A DNA stretch of 58,510 nt from Acaryochloridaceae cyanobacterium VAR_48_metabat_390. GTDB lineage: Bacteria; Cyanobacteriota; Cyanobacteriia; Thermosynechococcales; Thermosynechococcaceae. Location of the stretch: assembly GCA_031422435.1 (NCBI GenBank), contig JANPLU010000036.1, positions 1-58,510 on the forward strand, given 5' to 3'. Shown one piece after another: positions 28,736 through 39,625 of the stretch (positions are counted from its first letter, which is position 1; each line of letters opens with the position of its first letter). Under the pieces are notes generated by a model. It searched no databases. It was not told the DNA's origin and saw only the letters and a list, made by a program, of their open reading frames with translations. Made by a program: the position numbers and the translations under genes.

Positions 28736-29824
28736 TTAAAGCAACTCACACTGGGCATGATGCTGCAACAGATGGTCGCAGAGCACCAAGGCTACCATCG
28801 CTTCCACCATGGGCACTGCCCGAGGCAGCACACAGGGGTCATGACGACCCTTCGCGGCTAGTACCGTTTCTGCTCCGGCTTGATTAACCGTATTTTGAGC
28901 TTTACCAATGGTGGCGGTGGGCTTAAAAGCCACCCTCAAAATGATATTTTCACCGTTAGAAATGCCGCCCTGGATTCCGCCAGAACGATTTGTGACCGTA
29001 CGGATGCGCCCTGCTTCATCAGTATAAAACTCGTCATTGTGTTCTTTGCCTGTTAAAAGCGTCCCCCCAAAGCCTGAGCCAATTTCAAACCCTTTGCTGG
29101 CAGGTAAAGACATCACCCCTTTGGCAAGGTCGGCTTCGAGCTTATCAAACACGGGCGAACCCCAACCCATTGGCACATTCCGCGCCACGCACTCCACCAC
29201 GCCACCAATAGAATCTGCGTCCTGGCGGGTAGCATCAATCAACGCAATCATTTTCTCGGCATACGCCGGATCGGGACAGCGCACCATGTTACTTTCAACT
29301 TGGGCTAGGGTGACGGTATCGGGGGCTATGGGCGCTTCTAAGTCTTTAATGCGGCGCACATAGCCAATCACTTCAACGCCAGCCACTTGGTGAAGAATTT
29401 TTTTGGCGATCGCCCCTGCTGCTACCCGCCCAATGGTTTCGCGTGCGGAAGATCGTCCGCCCCCCTGCCAGTTGCGAATGCCGTACTTGGCATCATAGGT
29501 GGCATCCGCGTGGGACGGGCGATACACCGTCGCCATCTCGTCATAATCTTGAGGCCGCGTATTTTTATTGCGCACTAAAATAGCGATGGGCGTACCGAGG
29601 GTTTTGCCTTGAAATACCCCAGACAAAATTTCGCAGGTGTCAGACTCATCCCGTGGCGTGGTCACTCGACTTTGGCCTGGGCGGCGGCGGTCTAACTCAA
29701 ACTGAATATCTGCTTCGGAGATCTCAAGCTGGGGTGGGCATCCATCAATCACAACCCCAACGCCACCCCCGTGGGATTCCCCAAAGGTTGTAATCCGAAA
29801 CAAATGCCCAAATGTATTGCCCAT
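28736..29824 (-). CDS. aroC: Chorismate synthase
   Basis: GESHG, RPSHAD, RSSARET, GRHDPC. Confidence 0.97.
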   Translation of the reverse strand: MGNTFGHLFRITTFGESHGGGVGVVIDGCPPQLEISEADIQFELDRRRPGQSRVTTPRDESDTCEILSGVFQGKTLGTPIAILVRNKNTRPQDYDEMATVYRPSHADATYDAKYGIRNWQGGGRSSARETIGRVAAGAIAKKILHQVAGVEVIGYVRRIKDLEAPIAPDTVTLAQVESNMVRCPDPAYAEKMIALIDATRQDADSIGGVVECVARNVPMGWGSPVFDKLEADLAKGVMSLPASKGFEIGSGFGGTLLTGKEHNDEFYTDEAGRIRTVTNRSGGIQGGISNGENIILRVAFKPTATIGKAQNTVNQAGAETVLAAKGRHDPCVLPRAVPMVEAMVALVLCDHLLQHHAQCELL

Positions 29825-29950
29825 AAAGCCTTGAAAAACCTGTCGATTGCACCCACAGAGAACGCGCTCTGCTGTTCCACTATCGCATACCCTATAGCCC
29901 TTCAGGCAGTAGAGACTTTTCTCCGTGAATCGTCTTAAAACCGCTGGCGT

Positions 29951-30130
29951 CTACCCTACCTGCTTTTTTAGAGGCGGCTTCAATAATTTCTGTTCTCTTT
30001 GCGCTATGACCCGTTCAACCTGCTGGGGAGAGAGGTGCGTTAACTCAAAAAGCCAATTTTTTAGGCTTTCTTGATCTGGCTCTGTCGCTGAGGCACGCCA
30101 GTCCGTATTGGGGTCTATGGGGTCAGTCAT
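29951..30130 (-). CDS. Small hypothetical protein (~59 aa, ATG at 30130)
   Basis: Co-oriented with the flanking genes; plausible composition. Confidence 0.45.
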   Translation of the reverse strand: MTDPIDPNTDWRASATEPDQESLKNWLFELTHLSPQQVERVIAQREQKLLKPPLKKQVG

Positions 30131-30204
30131 GCAAAATTTTGTCCCACGCGACAATAAAAGGTGATACTTTCTCTATCTTGCCCAGGATTTGCCGATTGCC
30201 ACCC

Positions 30205-30294
30205 ATGCCTAACTACATTGATTTGTGGGTGCCGCTAGCGATGCTTGGACTGATTATTGCAGCGGCACTCTACTTCAGCTCTATCCGTCATTAA
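30205..30294 (+). CDS. Putative 29-aa single-TM peptide
   Basis: Manual translation MPNYIDLWVPLAMLGLIIAAALYFSSIRH*; below the ORF track cutoff. Confidence 0.45.
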   Translation: MPNYIDLWVPLAMLGLIIAAALYFSSIRH

Positions 30295-30352
30295 TTTATG
30301 TTTACTCAATGTATCTATTCGCAAAAGCGCTGCTGCTTGCAAGAGAGAAAAA

Positions 30353-32164
30353 TTATCTCTCGGTTAAAGCAGCATCTTTTTTGGCAAGATAGATCCGTTC
30401 AATTTCAGCTGCCGCCAATGGTTTTGAGAATAAGTACCCCTGACCAAATTCACACCCCAGCTGTTTGAGAGTCTCAAGTTGCTGCACTGTTTCTACGCCT
30501 TCGGCAATGACAAATAGGCCAAGCTGTTTACTAAGCGCAATGATAGTATCTACAACATGATAATCCCGACTTTCAAGTTGAATCTGATTCACGAAAGAGC
30601 GATCAACCTTAAGATTATTGACCGGAAAACGGTGTAGATAACCGAGAGATGAATAGCCTGTACCAAAGTCGTCAATACTGATCTGAATATGCCGAGCTCG
30701 CAATGCCTGGGTTAGGGTAAGCGTCATCTCAGCATTTTCCATAATGGCGCTTTCAGTAATCTCTAGCTTTAGGTAAGCCGGATCAATTGCCGTTTCTGCC
30801 AACACGCGATCAATATCTGCGAGTAGCGTTGGCGAAGAAAATTGCCGCACCGAAAGGTTGACACTCATGCTGAGTTTTGTCCAACCCTGCTGCCGCCAGA
30901 GTTGTAGCTGCTGACAGGCTTGTTTTAAGATCAGCATTCCTACAGGCACAATCAACCCCGTTGTCTCCATAGAAGGGATAAATTCTGCTGGCGAAACCAT
31001 GCCCCGTACAGGGTGTTGCCAACGAACCAAGGCTTCAAATCCAGAAAGTTCTTGCGTTTGAAGATCTATGATGGGCTGGTAGTGAAGAATAAACTCCTGT
31101 TGCGCGAGCGCTCGCTGTAAATCGTTCTCTAGCGTCAATCTGCTCAACATCGAGAGATGCATTTGGTGATCAAAGATTTGATAGCTGCCCTTGCCTCGCA
31201 GCTTTGCCTGATACATGGCGGTATCTGCATCCTGCAGCAGTTCTTCAGGCTTGCGCTTTTCATCCTTGACCAAAGCGACTCCAATACTGGCACTCATAAA
31301 AATCTCACAGTTCTCAACTAGAAAAGCGTTGTCAAAGCTCCGTAAAATAGTTTGGATATATCCTTCGAGGGTAGCGATGTCCTTAATCTGATGCAGCAGA
31401 AAACAAAACTCATCTCCACTGATGCGGGCTAAAACATCCCCAGGCAAAAGCAGCTGCTGTAGCCGTTGGGCAATGGCAATCAGCAGTTGATTCCCCACTG
31501 CATGTCCAAAGGCTCCATTCACGAGCTTAAACTGGTCACAATCTAAGTAAACCAGGGCAAAAGAGGATTGATTAACCTGAAAGGCCTCTGACAGTTTCTG
31601 AAGCAAAAATGTATGACTGGGTAGCTGAGTCATCGCATCTTGTAAAATCATGGTCTGTAACTGAGCCGTTCGCTGCTGCACCAGTGCTTCGAGTTGAGTG
31701 CTGAAGGTCGCTATTTGCTGATATTGATGACGGATACGCAGCATTGAACGCACTCTTGCGTTTAGCTCTAATCGATTGATAGGCTTACTCATAAAGTCAT
31801 CTGCCCCAGCGCTTAAGCATAGAGCCAGATCTTTTTTGGCTGTTAGGGCGGTCAAAACAATAATTGGCACTGCTTCCCATTGAGGGATGGCTTTAATGCG
31901 CTGACACACTTCCATCCCGTCCATCCCTGGCATCATGACATCTAGCAAAATGAGATCGGGCGCAAATGTATCGAGCGCATTGATCGCCTCCTGCCCATCA
32001 GCCGCATAGTGTAACTGATAGCCTTGATCGCTCAAAAAAGCCTCAATAACGTCAAAATTATCGGGTTCATCGTCAATAATTAAAACGGAGGGGGTTTCCA
32101 TAAAAAAGAGATAAGTGGGTCGGTCAAGCAGAAATCGAAATCCGTTTAGGGGTTGAGGACACAT
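30353..32164 (-). CDS. REC-GGDEF-EAL response regulator (probable start ATG 32101)
   Basis: LIIDD...LLDVMMP receiver; SGDEF; EAL, EITE and DDFGTGYSS. Confidence 0.93.
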   Translation of the reverse strand: MCPQPLNGFRFLLDRPTYLFFMETPSVLIIDDEPDNFDVIEAFLSDQGYQLHYAADGQEAINALDTFAPDLILLDVMMPGMDGMEVCQRIKAIPQWEAVPIIVLTALTAKKDLALCLSAGADDFMSKPINRLELNARVRSMLRIRHQYQQIATFSTQLEALVQQRTAQLQTMILQDAMTQLPSHTFLLQKLSEAFQVNQSSFALVYLDCDQFKLVNGAFGHAVGNQLLIAIAQRLQQLLLPGDVLARISGDEFCFLLHQIKDIATLEGYIQTILRSFDNAFLVENCEIFMSASIGVALVKDEKRKPEELLQDADTAMYQAKLRGKGSYQIFDHQMHLSMLSRLTLENDLQRALAQQEFILHYQPIIDLQTQELSGFEALVRWQHPVRGMVSPAEFIPSMETTGLIVPVGMLILKQACQQLQLWRQQGWTKLSMSVNLSVRQFSSPTLLADIDRVLAETAIDPAYLKLEITESAIMENAEMTLTLTQALRARHIQISIDDFGTGYSSLGYLHRFPVNNLKVDRSFVNQIQLESRDYHVVDTIIALSKQLGLFVIAEGVETVQQLETLKQLGCEFGQGYLFSKPLAAAEIERIYLAKKDAALTER

Positions 32165-32243
32165 TCAAGCGGCATCACAGACGGTAGATATGTCCTTGCT
32201 TTTCATCTCTATATTTTCTTCAGGATTCCCCATTAATCTCGCT

Positions 32244-35200
32244 TTAGCGCTGACTCAAGTTCAAAAACTCCTGAATTTTTGTTACTAGGTCTTTGAGCTT
32301 AATCGGTTTACTGAGGTAATCGTTGGCTCCCGCTGCCAGACATCGCTCTCGATCGCCCGTCATGGCTAAGGCGGTGAGGGCAATGATAGGAACGTCCACT
32401 AGGTCAGGATTGCAGCGGATCTGAAGCGTTGCCTCTAGGCCGTCCATCTCCGGCATCTGGACGTCCATCAAGATTAAATCAGGGGGGTCAGCTTGGGCCA
32501 ATGCGATCGCCTGTTTTCCATTTTTTGCCACCACTATGTGATATCCCTTTGCCTCTAGATAGCTTGTCATTGTTGCAATATTGGCTTCATTGTCTTCAGC
32601 TAGCAAAATTACTGGAGCATTAGCTACCGATGGCGGACTCAATCTGTGGCTAGATTTAAGCTGATTTATAGATTTAGGATTGAAAGCCACAGCACAAAGC
32701 GTCTCGGCGCAGGGCACATCAATTGTGAAACAGCTACCGCTTCCCAATTGACTGGTTAAATGGACTTGTCCCCCATGCAGTTCGACAATGCGTTTGACGA
32801 GGACAAGTCCTAGCCCTGTACCCTGATATTGACGGTTAAGGGCGCTATCAATTTGAATAAAGGGCTGAAATAGTTTATTAATATGCTCTGGCGCAATGCC
32901 AATGCCCGTGTCGGTTATGGCAATACGAAGGAAGCTGGACTGAACGTGATTGACCTCTAACGTAATGTGTCCATTGTCAGGCGTAAACTTGACCGCGTTG
33001 CTCAGTAGGTTGATTAAGACCTGACGCATCCGTCGCTCATCTACGCATAAGTCAGGCAGATGTAGCGGTAAGTGAGTGGTGATCTGAATCTTTTTTTGTA
33101 AAGCCTGCTGCTTGATAAATGCCAAGCTCGATTTGCACAGCTTCACGGCAGAAACGGGCGTAAAGTCTAGATCAATGTGACCCGATTCGATTTTGGCAAC
33201 GTCGAGAATGTCGTTAATTAATGCCAATAGGTGCGTGCCGCTGTGGTTGATCGTGGTTAAGGCTTTGATTTGCCGATCATTGACGCTGCCAAAGATTTGT
33301 TCTGTCAGCCCCTCTGTCATGCCCAAAATCGCATTGAGCGGTGTGCGAAGCTCATGGCTCATGTTGGCTAGAAATTCGTCCTTAAGACGGGTGGCGCGGG
33401 CAAGTTCTTCATTAGACACCGCTAGCTGCTGGTTTCGTTCTGTGAGCTGTCGCTGCGCCTGCTGACGTTCTATCAGCTCTTGCTGTAACTTTTCAAATAG
33501 ATTGGCTTGCTGAACCGCGATCGCCAACTGATTGGCAAGCTGCTGGGTGAGATCAATTTCATTCTGCTGCCAATGACGGGGACCACTGCACTGATGGATA
33601 CACAGTAAACCCCAAAGGTCATCTCCACAGAGCAACGGCACCACCAAATTAGCGCGCACATTAATCTTCGCTAAGACATCCGTATGACATTGATCTAATT
33701 GAAAAATGTCCGGCATCGCTGCATATCGCCCCTGAAGATAAAGAGGAGCATATTTTTTGCCAAAGCAATGGTCATAAACCTGAATCCCCATTACAGAAGA
33801 GATCCCTTCAATGAATGACTCAGCGACAAATTCACCATCGTCATAGTTAGACTCAGCATAAAACTGGAAGACACCCACTCGGTCAGCTTTCATCAACTGG
33901 CGAATTTCCTGGCAGGCGGTGTCAAAAATCGTTTGAAGATCTAAAGATTGACGAATCCGCTGCGTAATTTCCCGCAGGAGCTTTTCTTGTTCCGCCCTTT
34001 GGCGAATAATAAATTCGGCCTGTTTTTGATCGCTAATGTCTTGATAGGTTCCGAGAATACCGACCAGTCCCCCCTTAAAATCAAGTAGGGGAAGTTTATT
34101 GGTTTCTAACCAAATTTGCTTCCCGTCTACCTGAATCTGCATTTCTAAAGTCTTCAGTTTTGCTTCGTTGGACGTCATGACTTGCTGGTCGTCTGCGCGA
34201 TAAGCATCAGCTTCTGTATTGCCCCAAGGCATCTCATAGTCTGTTTTTCCAATCAGCTCTTCGACAGACGCAAAACCTGTATCTTTTAAAAAATGACGAT
34301 TGCAGCCTAAATAGACCGAATTACGATCTTTCCAAAATACAGAGATGGGAGAGGTGTCGAGTACCGTTTGGATAAACTGCTGGGACTCTAGCACTTTATA
34401 TTCCATCTGTTTGCGCCCCGTAATGTCTGTAAAGGTGCCGATGTAGCCCAACGCATTGCCATCTGCATCTATTTCTGGCGTTACTTGAGCATAAAACCAT
34501 CGGATACTGCCGTCTTGAAGCTGATGCCGACCCTCAAAATAAGCTGTTTCTGGCTGTCCTAGGTGTAGTTGAGCCTCTTGTTGAGTGATATATATCATCA
34601 GACTTTCACGATCTTCAGGATGCAGGGCATTCAGCCATCCGTATTCCAAAGCGTCTTCTATCGGTCTTCCGGTTAGTTCGCTCCAGCGATCGCTCACGTA
34701 AATACAGTTCAATGCGCGTTCAAACCGAAAAATAGCGACTGGTGCGGCAGCGGCTAGGGTGGCATAACGATTTTCACTGGCCTGTAGCGCAGCGGTACGT
34801 TCTGTCACTTTGCCTTCAAGCGCTTGGTTGAGCTGTTCTAGTGTCGCTGTTACATTTTTGCGCTCCAGTTCAGACGCAGCACGAGCCGCAAAAACGTTAA
34901 GGAGATTTTCGACTCGCTCAATATCGTGGATGGGATGCTGGTCAAGAATACAGAGGTTGCCAATGGGTTTGCCATGAGTATCTCGTAAGGCAACGCCAAG
35001 ATAGCTCTGCGCCTCCATTTTTACTAAATCTAAATGAGTAGGAAACTGCTGCTGCACAAAACGTTCGCAGTAAAATAGCCCGTCCTGCCATGCCCGTTCG
35101 CAGGGAGTATTTGCAGCGTTAAAAGAAAAGGTGGGCTGTAAGGCACCATTGGCACAGAAAGCAAGAACATGAAGATCTTCATCTACCAATTCGCTAACCA

Positions 35201-36974
35201 ACGCATAGGAGACATTCAGGGCTTTGGCGATGTATTGCACCAGTTTGGGAAAGAAATTTTCCCCCGTTGTCGCTGCAGTGCCTTCAATTAAATTTTGGAG
35301 GGCGGCTGTGGTCTGTTTGCGTTGGCTGATGTCGTGAATCAACCAGAGCAACCCAGTGACGGTCTGGTCTTTTGTATAAATTGGGGCGACGGTGACTTCA
35401 ACCGGAAAAGGATCTCTCGATCTGGGGTTCAGCGTCATTTCCCATGTTTGGGGCTTTTTGTGGGTTAGCAGTAGCTGTAGCTGACTATAAAACACACCGT
35501 AGTCAGACTGGACAAAGCATGTCACTAAAGGTTTCCCGGTCAAGAAATTTGATCTAATGGAGAGCTGTTTTAAAAACCGTTCATTACTTTCTTTGATTAC
35601 GCCAGCGGTATCTGTGACCAGATAACCATCAGGGGCAAAGTTAAATAAGTCTTGGTACCGCTGCCGCTCAATTTTGATTTGACGATTAACTTCTTCTCGT
35701 TCTTGTTCGCTTACGGCCAGTTCTTCTAAAGCTGACTGAAGTTCTTCATTCGTCTGTTCTAGGTCGATAACCCGTTGTTGAAGCTGAACGTGTAAAGCCT
35801 GAAGCTTTGCTTCTGCCTGCTGTCGTTCTGCGAGTTCGTGCTGGAGCTGTTGGTGGGTGGTTGCCTGCTGGAGGGCGATCGCAAGCTGTACTGCGAGGGA
35901 CTTTAATAACTTAACCTCATCCGGCGTCCAGTCACGAGCATGCTGACTTTCAGCAGCATTGAGAAAACCCCACAGCTTATCTCCACATAGAATGGGAACC
36001 AAAATTTTGGCGCGGGTCTGGATGCGAATCAGCATCTCTCGGTGACAGTCTGCCATATCAACCCGGTAGATATCTGAGACGATGCGAATATGCTCTTGAC
36101 GATACCGCTCAGCTTGCCCCTCTCTAAAGCAGGTATCGTTAACGCATTGGCCTAGCAAAGATAGCGTCGATTCCGTTGATTCTGCGACGACAGTGGTTTG
36201 CCAATCCTCTTCCACCCGCCAAATATTAACGCGATCGCAGCCCAGCACTCGCCTCACTTGTTCTACAGTCGTATCTAAAATCGTTTGCAGACTCAGGGAG
36301 GAACGGATTTGAGTGGACAGTTCTGTGAGTAATATCTCCCATTCCGCTTTTGTTTGTAGGGCAGATATTCGCGTTTCTACCTGCTGTTCTAGCTCAGCCG
36401 TTCGTGTTTTTAGCAGCTCAACCTTTTCAGTTTCGAGAGACTGTACTTTTCTCTCTAGCCCCTGTGCCAACTGATATAGCTTCAGAGGGTTGAGCGCTTG
36501 GAGCAAACTGGTCTGGGTGACAATCCCCAATAGCTGCTCTTGCTCACCTACCACAACCAAGCAGTGGTGCTGATGAAGTAGATTAACCGTCAAACATAAA
36601 TCAGTAAAGATAGATTCTTGAAGGGCGAGAACGGGATCAGTCATCACCTCCCGCATCGTCAAACGATCAAAAGTAGCCAACTGAGCGCTTAGACGCACGA
36701 TATCTCGTTCGGTCACAATGCCCACAACTTGCCCAATTTCTACCACCACTACACAGCTTGAGCGCACTTCTTGAAGCAAACGGGCTAGTTGATAATCTAC
36801 GATTGTCTTTGTAGTATCGCTAGACAAATCGTCTTCAATGACGCTGTGCAAACGCATACTCGTCATTTGGGCGATCGCGTCCATCAGCGTCGCATCGGGT
36901 GAAGCGATTAAAGGATTGCGAACAATAGCAGACTGAAGTTCTTGTGGGGGGAGAGCCGTAGTATAAGAAAACAT
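32244..36974 (-). CDS. Hybrid sensor kinase, CBS-GAF-PAS-GAF-PAS-PAS-GAF-HisKA-HATPase-REC, with two cyanobacteriochrome GAFs
   Basis: GIVTERD (CBS), DTCF..DCH and DHCF..QCH GAFs, SHELRTPL, NLLSNAVKF, GTGLGL, LMDVQMP. Confidence 0.92.
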   Translation of the reverse strand: MFSYTTALPPQELQSAIVRNPLIASPDATLMDAIAQMTSMRLHSVIEDDLSSDTTKTIVDYQLARLLQEVRSSCVVVVEIGQVVGIVTERDIVRLSAQLATFDRLTMREVMTDPVLALQESIFTDLCLTVNLLHQHHCLVVVGEQEQLLGIVTQTSLLQALNPLKLYQLAQGLERKVQSLETEKVELLKTRTAELEQQVETRISALQTKAEWEILLTELSTQIRSSLSLQTILDTTVEQVRRVLGCDRVNIWRVEEDWQTTVVAESTESTLSLLGQCVNDTCFREGQAERYRQEHIRIVSDIYRVDMADCHREMLIRIQTRAKILVPILCGDKLWGFLNAAESQHARDWTPDEVKLLKSLAVQLAIALQQATTHQQLQHELAERQQAEAKLQALHVQLQQRVIDLEQTNEELQSALEELAVSEQEREEVNRQIKIERQRYQDLFNFAPDGYLVTDTAGVIKESNERFLKQLSIRSNFLTGKPLVTCFVQSDYGVFYSQLQLLLTHKKPQTWEMTLNPRSRDPFPVEVTVAPIYTKDQTVTGLLWLIHDISQRKQTTAALQNLIEGTAATTGENFFPKLVQYIAKALNVSYALVSELVDEDLHVLAFCANGALQPTFSFNAANTPCERAWQDGLFYCERFVQQQFPTHLDLVKMEAQSYLGVALRDTHGKPIGNLCILDQHPIHDIERVENLLNVFAARAASELERKNVTATLEQLNQALEGKVTERTAALQASENRYATLAAAAPVAIFRFERALNCIYVSDRWSELTGRPIEDALEYGWLNALHPEDRESLMIYITQQEAQLHLGQPETAYFEGRHQLQDGSIRWFYAQVTPEIDADGNALGYIGTFTDITGRKQMEYKVLESQQFIQTVLDTSPISVFWKDRNSVYLGCNRHFLKDTGFASVEELIGKTDYEMPWGNTEADAYRADDQQVMTSNEAKLKTLEMQIQVDGKQIWLETNKLPLLDFKGGLVGILGTYQDISDQKQAEFIIRQRAEQEKLLREITQRIRQSLDLQTIFDTACQEIRQLMKADRVGVFQFYAESNYDDGEFVAESFIEGISSVMGIQVYDHCFGKKYAPLYLQGRYAAMPDIFQLDQCHTDVLAKINVRANLVVPLLCGDDLWGLLCIHQCSGPRHWQQNEIDLTQQLANQLAIAVQQANLFEKLQQELIERQQAQRQLTERNQQLAVSNEELARATRLKDEFLANMSHELRTPLNAILGMTEGLTEQIFGSVNDRQIKALTTINHSGTHLLALINDILDVAKIESGHIDLDFTPVSAVKLCKSSLAFIKQQALQKKIQITTHLPLHLPDLCVDERRMRQVLINLLSNAVKFTPDNGHITLEVNHVQSSFLRIAITDTGIGIAPEHINKLFQPFIQIDSALNRQYQGTGLGLVLVKRIVELHGGQVHLTSQLGSGSCFTIDVPCAETLCAVAFNPKSINQLKSSHRLSPPSVANAPVILLAEDNEANIATMTSYLEAKGYHIVVAKNGKQAIALAQADPPDLILMDVQMPEMDGLEATLQIRCNPDLVDVPIIALTALAMTGDRERCLAAGANDYLSKPIKLKDLVTKIQEFLNLSQR

Positions 36975-37056
36975 GGGGCGTACGGTTTCAAGTCTCTTTA
37001 TTGTGCCCTTTTACACCGATGCTCCTCTCGCGGCTTAGGTCACTCATTAAGGGAAC

Positions 37057-37389
37057 GTGTCCGATAGCGTAGGAGGAAATACGGTGAAAGTAAAACTGGA
37101 GGATCAGATTATTTTTCTTTGCCAGGAAGACATCCCAGTCTTCAAAAAAGGAGGTTCTGTAGTGCGAAATAGCTATTTTTGGGCACTTAAGGCGATCGCA
37201 GGATATGCCCCCCGTCATGGAGACTGGGAATATGAGGCAGAAGTTTGGGTCGCCCTTCGGCGTGTGCTGATTGCGTTTCAAGACTCAGGCTACCTAGGCT
37301 TAAGCGAAACCCAGCTCGAGTTTCCAGTCGATCAGTTTGAGATTCCTGACGCTGTGCGAGATGTTTCAACGTGGCAGGCTTTAAAATAA
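37057..37389 (+). CDS. Conserved cyanobacterial hypothetical protein
   Basis: RNSYFWALKAIA...SGYLG..ETQLEF pattern; AGGAGG upstream of GTG 37084 suggests that start. Confidence 0.7.
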   Translation: MSDSVGGNTVKVKLEDQIIFLCQEDIPVFKKGGSVVRNSYFWALKAIAGYAPRHGDWEYEAEVWVALRRVLIAFQDSGYLGLSETQLEFPVDQFEIPDAVRDVSTWQALK

Positions 37390-37445
37390 TGGCGTAAAGA
37401 AAAGTTTACTCTTAACTAAGGCTTCTCTGCATTCGCGCTTCATGC

Positions 37446-37480
37446 TCACTGGTTTACAACAGCATAGTGTAAACCAGTGA
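37446..37480. terminator. Bidirectional terminator-like hairpin
   Basis: TCACTGGTTTACA / TGTAAACCAGTGA perfect 13-bp stem between convergent genes. Confidence 0.75.
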
Positions 37481-37587
37481 ATTTAGATCTTGAACATTCT
37501 CAAATCTGAAAGAAAAATGTAAGCACCTGATTGCGCACATTACACGATCAGACATAACTTACAATTAGGCTGTCTTTTACAAGGTAA

Positions 37588-38223
37588 TTACTCACGGACA
37601 GCAGCATGAACTCTTGTGGTTGACCGAGGATTATGAGCACCAGCAGAAGCTCCGATCAGTGAAGCAACTAACCCCAATAAAGAACCTAAAGCAAATGACC
37701 AGCCTACCTTCGCTGCATTACCTGCTACATCGCGGGTTTGCTGAGCTGTAATATTCGGTACATTTTTAGGAAGCGAGGCTCCGCTTTGTTGAGCCTGGTT
37801 AATCGCTTCTCCAGCGTTAGAAGCGATTAACCCAAATGCCCCTGTTACACCGCTTGACAGCAACCAAGCACTCATAGTAAGCGTTGTTGCCCAAAGAATT
37901 GCGCCATTTAATAACGCTGTGTTCCGATTCATTGGTCCACTAGCGCGAGCCGTTACCCATCCACCGACAAATAAAGCAATAAATAGGCTGATAATTGCCC
38001 CAATTCCTACGGCTGCACCCACATTATCTGCATTTGAGCGAGGCGCCCCTGAATCAGAAATATTGGTAAAGCCGATCGCTGCACCTAATGCACTCAGCAC
38101 TAGCTGAACGCTTAAGGCAACAACTAACCCTGCAAAAATTGGTCCCCAGCGTACTCGATCATGATACTCAATAACGGTTGCATCAATGTTAGAGCGCTCT
38201 ATCGGTCTGTCAGTATATGCCAT
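37588..38223 (-). CDS. Four-TM hypothetical membrane protein of stress-gene clusters
   Basis: DRVRWGPIFAG motif; Gly/Ala-rich TM helices. Confidence 0.8.
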   Translation of the reverse strand: MAYTDRPIERSNIDATVIEYHDRVRWGPIFAGLVVALSVQLVLSALGAAIGFTNISDSGAPRSNADNVGAAVGIGAIISLFIALFVGGWVTARASGPMNRNTALLNGAILWATTLTMSAWLLSSGVTGAFGLIASNAGEAINQAQQSGASLPKNVPNITAQQTRDVAGNAAKVGWSFALGSLLGLVASLIGASAGAHNPRSTTRVHAAVRE

Positions 38224-38548
38224 GGTTCATGAGTCCTTCATTATAAATAGTATTGAATTGACGGAGTTTAGAACGTAAAAACTAAAAAACTCACTCTAAT
38301 TCACACCTACAGTATTTTAAAAAATAAATATTGATATCCATCATCAGAAAGAGATTAGATCCACCTATTTGTATAATAAATCGACTAATTATACACAAAA
38401 AACTTATTTACTAAGTATATGGAAAGGTTTTGGTTCTCCATCTAATAGCCTCAGCTAGATCAGCATATTGAAGCATGGCTAAGATAAATGAAACTTGTAA
38501 GTTACAAATGGGTAAGCTTCAAAAACTCCATGATTAGGATTAAGTAAA

Positions 38549-39472
38549 ATGGCTCTTCACAAAATAAAAGACTTTGACCCAGATTACAGTAAGCACTTTG
38601 ACAATGGTGACGTTAAAGGACTAGATCTGTATGCAGCCAATGAGAAAATCGGCTCTGTTGAGGATGTTTTAGTCGATGATGAGGGACAGTTTCGATACCT
38701 CATTATTAATACTGGCCTATGGATTTTAGGCAAAAAAGTGTTGTTCCCAATTGGACGTGCCCGCATTGACTACAACGACAGACGTGTCTATGCCGACAAT
38801 CTCGACAAAGCGCAAGTTGAAGCTTTACCCGAATTTACGGATGACCTGACGGTTGATTATGACCACGAAGAAAAAGTAAGAGGGGTCTATCGCTCTTCTA
38901 CACCAACCGCGCAGCAGAATGCACCTGCCGCCTACGGCGTTGGCTACGCTGGAGCAGATAGTGCACCAGATACGTTAAATACTTCGCCCATACTTAACCT
39001 TGAAGCAGGTTATGCAGGCTATGACCGAGATACCTATACCTATGACAAAGAGCCTGATCTCTACAGTCTAAATGAGCAAAATCATCCCGACCTAAAGCTG
39101 TATGAAGAAAGGCTCATTACAAGTAAGACGCGCCAGAAAACTGGAGAGGCTGTTATTAACAAGCGGGTGGAAACAGAAACCGCACGGGCTTCTGTTCCCA
39201 TTGATAAGGAGCGGGTTGTGATTGAGCGCATTCCGACTACTAATTCTGAAACAGTCGCTGCTCCCAGCGAAGCGACCTTTCAAGAAGGTGAGGTCGCTCG
39301 TATGGAAGTCTACGAAGAGGTGCCTGAATTTCATAAAGAGGCATTTGTTCGAGAGGAAGTGCGAGTCAGTAAGGTTGTGGATCAAGAAACCGTTACGGCT
39401 GAAGAAACATTGCGCCGCGAGGAGCTAGATATAAATACCGATGGTCATCCTGTCGTTAAGAATGATATCTGA
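38549..39472 (+). CDS. PRC-barrel plus DUF2382 (YsnF/AvaK-like) protein
   Basis: IGSVEDVLVD..GQFRYLII PRC barrel; LYEERL, KEAFVREEVRV, LRREELDI. Confidence 0.9.
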   Translation: MALHKIKDFDPDYSKHFDNGDVKGLDLYAANEKIGSVEDVLVDDEGQFRYLIINTGLWILGKKVLFPIGRARIDYNDRRVYADNLDKAQVEALPEFTDDLTVDYDHEEKVRGVYRSSTPTAQQNAPAAYGVGYAGADSAPDTLNTSPILNLEAGYAGYDRDTYTYDKEPDLYSLNEQNHPDLKLYEERLITSKTRQKTGEAVINKRVETETARASVPIDKERVVIERIPTTNSETVAAPSEATFQEGEVARMEVYEEVPEFHKEAFVREEVRVSKVVDQETVTAEETLRREELDINTDGHPVVKNDI

Positions 39473-39539
39473 GTTCTCAACTTTCCCAAGTGTGGCTAGT
39501 CTTCATGTCTAAAGTTAAAAAGATAGCCGCTCAAAAGCG

Positions 39540-39572
39540 TTGCAGACAGAAGAACAATTTCTCTGTCTGCAA
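39540..39572 (+). terminator. Intergenic stem-loop (terminator or mRNA stabiliser)
   Basis: TTGCAGACAGA / TCTGTCTGCAA 11-bp stem. Confidence 0.65.
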
Positions 39573-39625
39573 TCTCTCAATAATTTTTTGATGCCTTAGA
39601 TAACAAAATCACTCTAGGGATAGTT

